Source of the DNA: a virus
Taxonomy: Duplodnaviria > Caudoviricetes
Direction: 5' to 3' (one strand)
Virus record (IMG/VR): IMGVR_UViG_3300033067_000697
Span: 1-41,524 of that record
Length of the DNA: 41,524 bases
A model generated the notes under the pieces. That model ran no database searches. It saw only the letters and a program-made list of their open reading frames with translations, and was not told the DNA's origin. The translations under genes and the position numbers were made by a program. This document shows positions 35,071-41,524 of the stretch, piece after piece. Position 1 is the first letter of the stretch, and each line of letters begins with the position of its first letter.

Positions 35071-36186
35071 ATGAAAACCTACACCCAATTAACTAGTCTA
35101 GCGACTAACCTATCAAATAACACTACATCTTCAAACACAGCTTTGATGGGTCAGCTTATAAATGACCAACATCGTTATCTTATTCAGAAATTCTTTAATA
35201 ATGAACGTACTTACACCACCCTTACTATAGGGGCGGAAGATTTAACTGTCACTGGCATCCCGGCTTTAGGTGCCACAACAGCTACACTTTCAACAGCTTG
35301 GACTAATATTACCTGTTCTCAATTAGTAGTTTTTGATAACTCAGAGCAACGAACAGTTACTTTCCGCCAAGGTTCTACAGCTATTACTTGGCAATCACCA
35401 CTTACCTCAGCTTGTACCACCACTACTATCGCTACAGTAGGTGTCCAGTCATACCCAATCCCCGCCAACGTATCTAAAATAAAAAATACTACTATTACTG
35501 TAGGACAGCTAGTATTCACTCCAGCTCCTATTCGTACTATCCAAGAGTGGACAATGATTAACGCCTTACCATACACCTCAAATATCCCAAACTACTACTT
35601 CATCTACAATAATCAAGTACAGTTCTGGCCGATTCCTTCTGCTTCAGGTCAAGTAATAACTTTCAACTACAAAGCTCGTACTCCAGACCTTTCCTTTGCT
35701 GATTACTCAACTGGGACTCTTTCAAGTATTGCCGCCGGAGATAATCAAATTACAGGTACCGCTACAGCCTGGAATACTACAGGAGCTTTTCCACTCAATA
35801 CCGATGTAACTATCTTTAACCTCTATTTAAGAATTACCCCACCAAGTGGAGATGGTATTTGGTACCCAATTCAAAGATTTACTTCAGACACAGACCTACT
35901 TTTAGCCAGCCCAATTCAAAACGCTCCAAGTGCTACTGCCTCTGTGTATACAATAGGACAATTACCCTTACTAGAAGAAGATTTTCAAGATATGCTAGTA
36001 AATGGAGCACTACAGACCTACTACTCATCTATTGTCAGTAACGACAGTGCGTTCAAGAAGTACAGTAGTTTATATAACGATAAACTAACCCTCTTAGAGG
36101 ATTACGCTGGAACAAAGAGTGTGAACGTGGATTTAGGGACACAACCAGTACCGTTTAACCCTAATCTTTTCTACCAGGGAACTTAA
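35071..36186 (+). CDS. head-tail adaptor (tubular-A-like) with inserted beta domains
   Basis: MKTYTQL..LINDQHR, QSYPIPAN, IPNYYFIYNNQVQFWPIPS, LEEDFQDMLVNGA motifs. Confidence 0.7.
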   Translation: MKTYTQLTSLATNLSNNTTSSNTALMGQLINDQHRYLIQKFFNNERTYTTLTIGAEDLTVTGIPALGATTATLSTAWTNITCSQLVVFDNSEQRTVTFRQGSTAITWQSPLTSACTTTTIATVGVQSYPIPANVSKIKNTTITVGQLVFTPAPIRTIQEWTMINALPYTSNIPNYYFIYNNQVQFWPIPSASGQVITFNYKARTPDLSFADYSTGTLSSIAAGDNQITGTATAWNTTGAFPLNTDVTIFNLYLRITPPSGDGIWYPIQRFTSDTDLLLASPIQNAPSATASVYTIGQLPLLEEDFQDMLVNGALQTYYSSIVSNDSAFKKYSSLYNDKLTLLEDYAGTKSVNVDLGTQPVPFNPNLFYQGT

Positions 36187-36195
36187 TAATTACTT

Positions 36196-37821
36196 ATGGC
36201 ACAAATTAAAAATAATCAAGTAAGAGGAAACATGAGAACTACTACTCCACAAATGCGTGGTACGGTAGATATGCAGTCCGCCATGAGAGGAATGGTTGGT
36301 GGCACTCCTTTCAATATGTCGATGAACCCTGGGCCACAGAGTAAAATTCCTGCTCCAGCTCCTTTGGTAAAATTTACTCCTACTTCAATTCAAGCGTTGA
36401 CTTCTCCTCGAACAACCCCTCAAGACACAACAGGAATGACTGGTAGTACTCAACCAAACATTTCTCCATCATTTCCACAGACTGGTCAAACTGCTGGCCC
36501 GGCTACTAACTCTACTCAAAACTCTATTAACAGTCTTAGTGCTGGAGTACAAGGTGTACAAGACTTGCTAAATCAAAAGAAGACTAATGAGACCCCAGCC
36601 AGAACTTTAAAGACCAATGACACCTCATTTAGAGGAATACTAGACACTCTACTTGGTCGCTCTAATCCTCAAAAAGAACAAGAACGTGCTCGAAAAGAAA
36701 TGGAGCGTATTTCTGCCGGAAATAAAGCTATTGGTGAGCAAGCTAGAAACATATCCGATAAATACTCAAAAGAGATTGACCGTGTTGGTGGACTTAAAGC
36801 TGGTGCTGTAGCTGGTAACTTATCTACTGGCTCTAACGTAGTCGGTTCAGGTAACGCCGCCATCGCTTCTCAATCAGCTTCTTCTCGTATGGATGCTTTA
36901 GCTAAAGCACAACAAGCCGCCCTAGAAGGAACAGCTCAACAATTAACTGGTCAAGAACAAGCTGCTCAAGCCTTTAGACCATCACTAGATGCTACATTAA
37001 CTCAACAACAAACTGGAATCACAGGACTTTCTAACGCTGCTAATTACGCTCAACCAACACAGGTTCCTTACAGTAATCAATTTATTGACCCAATTACTGG
37101 TCAATCTGCTGGTGGTGCTGGTCTAGGAGGATACTCAGGTTTCAAATCAATGGAACAGGCTTTTGATATTGCAGGTCAATATCCTGATGCTGGTTTTCAA
37201 TACGACCCTAAACAAACCCCACAAGAAAACCTTGCTCGTATGCAACAAGCTCAACAGAGTTCACCTACTTACCAAAAGAATACTTATGGTGTTCCTGGAC
37301 AACAAAGTTTTGCTGATGCGACTGTTCAACAAACGGCTCAAAAAGGCTACCAAGATGCTTACCAAGCCTACCAAGATATTGCAAAACAGAAGACCTATGC
37401 AGACAATATTTCTAGTCAGTTGTCGGGAGTAATGAGCCAATACGGTATTGGAGAAAATGATGTAAGAAAAGTAAACGAAATCCAAAACTACTTAGGTCGT
37501 CAATTTGGTGAAGAAGGACAAATTGCATTTCAGACAGCTCTTACTGAAGCACAGAGAGCGTACAGTACACTTCTTACTATTGGTGGTGGAACAGTACCTA
37601 CAGAGGCTACCGCTGCTTCTAATGCAATCCTCAATCCTAACTCAACTATCGCTCAAATTAACGCCGCCATTAAACAACTAAAAATAGCCGGAGAAGAACG
37701 TCTACGTACACAAGGCAGTCAAGCAAATACTTATTATCAACAACTCCAACAAGGTTCTCAACGGGGTGGAGGAATGGGAGGTAATAATGCAGGAGGTAAT
37801 GTTTTTGCTGAAACTTGGTAA
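36196..37821 (+). CDS. internal virion/ejection protein
   Basis: Q/A/G-rich helical, low complexity; after the tail genes. Confidence 0.65.
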   Translation: MAQIKNNQVRGNMRTTTPQMRGTVDMQSAMRGMVGGTPFNMSMNPGPQSKIPAPAPLVKFTPTSIQALTSPRTTPQDTTGMTGSTQPNISPSFPQTGQTAGPATNSTQNSINSLSAGVQGVQDLLNQKKTNETPARTLKTNDTSFRGILDTLLGRSNPQKEQERARKEMERISAGNKAIGEQARNISDKYSKEIDRVGGLKAGAVAGNLSTGSNVVGSGNAAIASQSASSRMDALAKAQQAALEGTAQQLTGQEQAAQAFRPSLDATLTQQQTGITGLSNAANYAQPTQVPYSNQFIDPITGQSAGGAGLGGYSGFKSMEQAFDIAGQYPDAGFQYDPKQTPQENLARMQQAQQSSPTYQKNTYGVPGQQSFADATVQQTAQKGYQDAYQAYQDIAKQKTYADNISSQLSGVMSQYGIGENDVRKVNEIQNYLGRQFGEEGQIAFQTALTEAQRAYSTLLTIGGGTVPTEATAASNAILNPNSTIAQINAAIKQLKIAGEERLRTQGSQANTYYQQLQQGSQRGGGMGGNNAGGNVFAETW

Positions 37822-37822
37822 T

Positions 37823-39559
37823 ATGAATCCTAATCAACTAGACCAACAAGCTCTAAACCTAGCCAAAGCCATTCGGCGGGCGGAAACAGGTACTTCTACT
37901 GACCCTTACAATGCTAAGGGTGCTTCTGGTGAATCTGGTGCTTACCAGTACATGCCAGATACTTGGAAACAATGGTCAAAACAATATCTTGGTCAAGAAG
38001 ATGCTCCTCTTTCTATTGAAAATCAAAACAAAGTTGCTTATTCTCGTATCAAAGAATTAAAAGACCAAGGTTTAAACCCGGCTGAAATTGCTTCTATGTG
38101 GAATAGTGGTGGAGCAGATAAGTACAAGCAAAATTGGAGGGGTAAAAACGCACAAGGAGTAGAATACGACACCCCAGCTTACGTACAAAAAGTAAGTCAG
38201 TACTACAATGAGACAAAGATGGGTGGACAAGCCCCAGCCTCTTTACCTGGAAGCGTGAATCCAATGGAGGGTATACAGACTATTGAAAACAGACCAGCTC
38301 CAGAACCAGAACCAATTGCTCAAGTTCCTACTAAGCCAGCTCCCGAAGAAGAAAAAGAAAATGTTGACTTAGGTACTCGTCTGGGAAAGGGAGTATTAGA
38401 CTTCGTAGCACCCATCCTTACTGATAAGGAACGAACACCTGGTCAATGGGTTGGTGATGCCGCCTTAACTGCAATGAATGTTATCCCCATAACAGCAGGG
38501 CTTAAATATGGTCTTGGAGCAGCTAAGTTAGGAGTTAAAGCTCTACGTGGAGCAAACGCTCTTTCCAAAACAGAGAAAGCCGCCGACATAGCTTCAGGTG
38601 TAGTAAAGAAAACCCTATCACCTAAAAACATAGCTATCGGTGGTGCTACTGGATATGGTATGGATGTTGCTTCTTCCCTTTCTGGTGGAGAGACAGATGC
38701 AGGAGATATATTGACTCCAGGAGTAGGAACTATTCTTGGTACAGCAGGTGGCGTATTAGCTCGTAGAGTTCCACGGGCTGAAGTAGATAAAGCCGCCAGA
38801 GATTTAATCCCAGAACTTACTAAAGGTAAAGCTGTTTCTAGTACTGGTAGAACTGGTTTGGAGAAGAGTGGTATCTTCGGAAATGTTAGCCAACCTATTG
38901 GTACCCAAACCTATCAAGTAACTGAGGCGACTCTAAGAAATGTTCCTAACTTCAATCGTCTAGGTACTTACACTGAAAAGCTAAATGCAGTTAATTCCGC
39001 CAACCAAAGACTAGCGGAGAAACTAGCAAAGGATGTCGTACAAAACGGCGATGACATTCTTTACCCTTACCGTGAACTAGCTAGTAAGATGAAAGCTATT
39101 GAGCCACCAATTCAAATACGTGCCGACAATACACAGCTGCGTCAATACCAAATTGCTCAACAATCAGCACTCAAATTAGCCCAAGATAATGGAGGTAAAA
39201 TTTCTGGTCTATTTAAAGCCCGCAAAGAATTTGATGCTTTGGTGGAGAAAGAGTTCCCTACTCTATACGACAGAGAGAACGCACCTATGCGACAGGCTAT
39301 TACTGATATTCGTAAGGTAATGAACGAAACTATTGAACAATCATTAAAGGGTAGAGGAGTAGATTACTCCGGCTCTTTAAAAGAACAAATGTATTTATAT
39401 GATGCTAGGGAGGCTTTGGCTTCTAAAGCCTACGGTGAATTAGGGACGAACTCCCCACAGCGACTTATGCAACAATACCCAGGCGTGAAAGGGGTACTTA
39501 ATACTTTAGGACTAGGAGGTGCTGGTGCCGCTACTTATAATTGGTTAACGAAAGATTAG
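37823..39559 (+). CDS. ejection protein with N-terminal lytic transglycosylase (lysozyme-like) domain
   Basis: AIRRAETG, GAYQYMPDTW, ENQNKVA, ASMWNSG, TPAYVQKV; ATG 37823 preferred. Confidence 0.8.
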   Translation: MNPNQLDQQALNLAKAIRRAETGTSTDPYNAKGASGESGAYQYMPDTWKQWSKQYLGQEDAPLSIENQNKVAYSRIKELKDQGLNPAEIASMWNSGGADKYKQNWRGKNAQGVEYDTPAYVQKVSQYYNETKMGGQAPASLPGSVNPMEGIQTIENRPAPEPEPIAQVPTKPAPEEEKENVDLGTRLGKGVLDFVAPILTDKERTPGQWVGDAALTAMNVIPITAGLKYGLGAAKLGVKALRGANALSKTEKAADIASGVVKKTLSPKNIAIGGATGYGMDVASSLSGGETDAGDILTPGVGTILGTAGGVLARRVPRAEVDKAARDLIPELTKGKAVSSTGRTGLEKSGIFGNVSQPIGTQTYQVTEATLRNVPNFNRLGTYTEKLNAVNSANQRLAEKLAKDVVQNGDDILYPYRELASKMKAIEPPIQIRADNTQLRQYQIAQQSALKLAQDNGGKISGLFKARKEFDALVEKEFPTLYDRENAPMRQAITDIRKVMNETIEQSLKGRGVDYSGSLKEQMYLYDAREALASKAYGELGTNSPQRLMQQYPGVKGVLNTLGLGGAGAATYNWLTKD

Positions 39560-39706
39560 GTTAAAGACTAACACAACCATTAAGCCAGCAAAAAGAGCTT
39601 GCCAGTCTTTGATAATTACAAAGTAAACAATTGCCATAATACCAAACCCTATTATTAAGTAGGAGATTAAGTAGAAGAAAAATTCTATAATTTCATCGTA
39701 TATCAT
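39545..39706 (-). CDS. small two-TM membrane protein, antisense to the late operon (superinfection-exclusion candidate)
   Basis: MIYDEIIEFFFYLISYLIIGFGIMAIVYFVIIKDWQALFAGLMVVLVFNLIFR. Confidence 0.6.
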   Translation of the reverse strand: MIYDEIIEFFFYLISYLIIGFGIMAIVYFVIIKDWQALFAGLMVVLVFNLIFR

Positions 39707-39840
39707 ATTTGTGGAAAGAGAGTTAATCAACTTAATAAAAGTACGCTACTATTAAGTAATACTTTTATTAAACACTCTATCTTTCATTCCTACTACACTA
39801 CTATAGTATAGTATATCATGCAAGGGAATAACATATCATT

Positions 39841-40116
39841 ATGACCGAAGAAGAACTTAAAAGAGTTATTGAGGCCATAAATCACTCTACCGCCGCCACA
39901 GTTGAATCTACTGTTAACGGGAAAATACGAAAAATAGATGAAAAATTATCTGAATACATACACTCAGATTTAAAATGGAAAGAAGATAAGGTTGAACCTT
40001 TAATTGATGCACATAGAACAATAAAAAATGTAGGACTATTTATAAAGTGGGTGGCGGGTATTGTAATTGCTGGAGGAATCATTCTTAAATTGTTTATTGT
40101 AGAAAAAATAATATGA
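39841..40116 (+). CDS. lysis-module membrane protein (coiled coil plus C-terminal TM)
   Basis: C-terminal hydrophobic helix; ATGA-coupled to the endolysin. Confidence 0.7.
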   Translation: MTEEELKRVIEAINHSTAATVESTVNGKIRKIDEKLSEYIHSDLKWKEDKVEPLIDAHRTIKNVGLFIKWVAGIVIAGGIILKLFIVEKII

Positions 40117-40613
40117 AACCCAATCTTAGTACTACTGACTTAATTACTAAGAAAAACCTCTTAGAATCGCTCGTAGCCCTCTACAGACGATTATTGGCGG
40201 CTAACAACCAAACAGGACTCAAACCCTGCGTACAACGTGGAGCCGAAGCGATTATTGCTGAGATGAAGTTAATGGGCCACCCAGTTAGACTAGTACAAGG
40301 TTATCGAAGTATAGAAGAGCAGAATAGACTCTATGCTCAAGGTCGAACAACTCCTGGAAACATCGTTACTAACGCTAAAGGTGGTCAATCGTTCCACAAC
40401 TACGGCTGTGCGGTGGATTTTGTGTTTATCAAAGAAGGTTACAACGCCAGTCAAGCCCTTTGGGAAACACTAGGAGTTATTGGAAAAAACCAAGGCTTTG
40501 AATGGGGAGGAGATTGGGTTGGTTTTACAGACCGCCCGCATTTTGAAATGAAGCTGGGATATACCCTAAAAGATTTTCAAAACGGTTTAGTAGATTACAA
40601 TAAATTTAAATAA
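40113..40613 (+). CDS. endolysin, M15 family L-Ala-D-Glu peptidase (CwlK/Ply500-like)
   Basis: QGYRSIEEQNRLYAQGRT..VTNAKGGQSFHNYGCAVD..EWGGDW..DRPHFE. Confidence 0.95.
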   Translation: MKPNLSTTDLITKKNLLESLVALYRRLLAANNQTGLKPCVQRGAEAIIAEMKLMGHPVRLVQGYRSIEEQNRLYAQGRTTPGNIVTNAKGGQSFHNYGCAVDFVFIKEGYNASQALWETLGVIGKNQGFEWGGDWVGFTDRPHFEMKLGYTLKDFQNGLVDYNKFK

Positions 40614-40614
40614 T

Positions 40615-40773
40615 ATGTACGCCAAAGCTATCGCCGCACTTATTACACCACTAGTTATTAGTCTATTGATGCCATTTGGTATTACTGAAACTAGTACACT
40701 TTCACAAATTATCGAAGCACTGATTGTGGCAATATCAACTGCCGTAATGGTTTACGTAGTTCCCAACAAGTAG
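40615..40773 (+). CDS. holin (52 aa, two TM)
   Basis: hand-translated MYAKAIAALITPLVISLLMPFGITETSTLSQIIEALIVAISTAVMVYVVPNK; follows the endolysin. Confidence 0.75.
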   Translation: MYAKAIAALITPLVISLLMPFGITETSTLSQIIEALIVAISTAVMVYVVPNK

Positions 40774-40806
40774 TAGAATAAGTGTTCGGTGGAGAAACCG
40801 TGCCAA

Positions 40807-40835
40807 AAGCCGTACTAATCTAACTAGTGCGGCTT
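40807..40835 (+). terminator. hairpin ending the late operon
   Basis: AAGCCGTACTA-loop-TAGTGCGGCTT; weak U tail. Confidence 0.55.
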
Positions 40836-40841
40836 GGTGGT

Positions 40842-40885
40842 TTATACACAGCTCTTGTTATTTTTTAAAAATGGTGTGGTACTAT
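40842..40885 (+). promoter_or_regulatory. consensus DnaA box TTATACACA followed by an extended -10 promoter (TGnTACTAT)
   Basis: box 40842-40850; -10 40880-40885. Confidence 0.65.
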
Positions 40886-40912
40886 TGTTAGTATAACAAC
40901 ACTAAATTAAAT

Positions 40913-41257
40913 ATGCGTAAAGTAGTACATCGGTACACCAAAGATGATTACGTTTTTGTTTATCAAATGCTCCGTTTTCGTTCCGAAGGTTGGTCTTACG
41001 TAAAGATTGGAGAGATGTTCAATAAACATCACTCTACTATCATCCACTGGTGCAAAAGATTTAAAGTGGATATAAATAAAGACTTTCCAGATTTAGATGA
41101 ACTAGACCACGTTTTAAATAAGAAGCCTCTTCCCAACCAATATAAATACAAACACCTGATTGATGAACCAATCAATACAGGCAAGAAATCCTACGCGGAT
41201 TATTTACGAGAATCCGACTTAATTAGATTTAGAAAACACTTCAACCCTCACAACTAA
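40913..41257 (+). CDS. HTH DNA-binding protein
   Basis: GWSYVKIGEMFNKHHSTIIHW, resembling the DnaA domain IV/TrpR-like HTH (SLPxIGxxFG.RDHTTVLH). Confidence 0.75.
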   Translation: MRKVVHRYTKDDYVFVYQMLRFRSEGWSYVKIGEMFNKHHSTIIHWCKRFKVDINKDFPDLDELDHVLNKKPLPNQYKYKHLIDEPINTGKKSYADYLRESDLIRFRKHFNPHN

Positions 41258-41384
41258 CGCACTTAGAATCTCCTGGTGCTGTATGAATCCTCACTTTAGG
41301 TACTTCTTGACTGTTAAAGAAATCATCTAAACTCTGTGGATTATGTGACATATAAAAATAATTGTAGCATATACTTAATGGTAG

Positions 41385-41437
41385 GGTAGTGATTAAGTTC
41401 TCAGACTAAGAGGGGTTAGAATCCTCCACTACCGCCA
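41385..41437 (+). ncRNA. minimal tRNA-like element ending in CCA
   Basis: perfect 7-bp GGTAGTG/CACTACC stem, discriminator G, CCA, T-arm-like GAGGG-GTTAGAA-TCCTC, only 18 nt for D and anticodon arms; TATACT -10 at 41370-41375. Confidence 0.5.
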
Positions 41438-41460
41438 CGTTCTTAACCAAGGAGTACAAG

Positions 41461-41524
41461 ATGCGAAACGGTCAAAACCTGCGTGACTTGCAAGACAAGA
41501 AGAAGGCTCAACAAGAAGAGTCCT
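41461..41524 (+). CDS. hypothetical protein, partial
   Basis: MRNGQNLRDLQDKKKAQQEES open to the window end. Confidence 0.35.
   Translation, partial: MRNGQNLRDLQDKKKAQQEES

Noticed and set aside
10841-40082. Most minus-strand and alternate-frame ORFs in the right arm (e.g. 11738, 15052, 16999, 21086, 24642, 27038)
   Set aside because: Fully overlap genes with clear motifs; typical antisense shadows.
41396-41407. TCA in the mini-tRNA loop as an opal suppressor or Sec anticodon
   Set aside because: No 7-nt loop with U33 geometry places TCA at the anticodon position.
1-41524. Stop-codon reassignment (code 4, 15 or 25)
   Set aside because: Long genes are intact in code 11, and TAA, TAG and TGA all end genes with tight downstream coupling.
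41461-41524. Window ends joining as a complete circular genome
   Set aside because: No terminal overlap is visible, and joining the ends gives no recognisable protein on either strand, so completeness cannot be claimed.

Overview
The window is most or all of a ~41.5-kb tailed dsDNA phage genome (~40% GC, standard code) with podovirus-like morphogenesis genes. Left arm (1-9.5 kb, minus strand): small accessory genes, NinG-like and DUF559 nucleases, DnaB helicase, a lambda-O-like initiator containing its own iterons, an SSB-like protein, a PD-(D/E)XK exonuclease and a secreted CHAP-like hydrolase. Right arm (plus strand): a groES/HNH/groEL operon, a compositionally distinct 2.6-kb early segment bracketed by a TAGGGG..CCTAGGGGGA repeat, terS, a lambda-gpA-type terL, portal, scaffold, capsid, decoration/fibre genes with glycine-rich domains, tail/ejection proteins, an M15 endolysin and a holin. 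I saw no integrase, DNA polymerase, spanin or Shine-Dalgarno sites, which suggests a monoderm, SD-independent host such as Patescibacteria/CPR (inference only). The most unusual signals are non-coding: DnaA-box-like 9-mers upstream of most sigma70 promoters, a plasmid-style attenuator with a leader peptide before the initiator, structured RNAs on both sides of the central divergent promoter (one abutting an apparent ATA start), a covarying hairpin abutting two late start codons, and a 53-nt CCA-ending tRNA-like element. All calls were made by eye from motifs and synteny, with no database searches.
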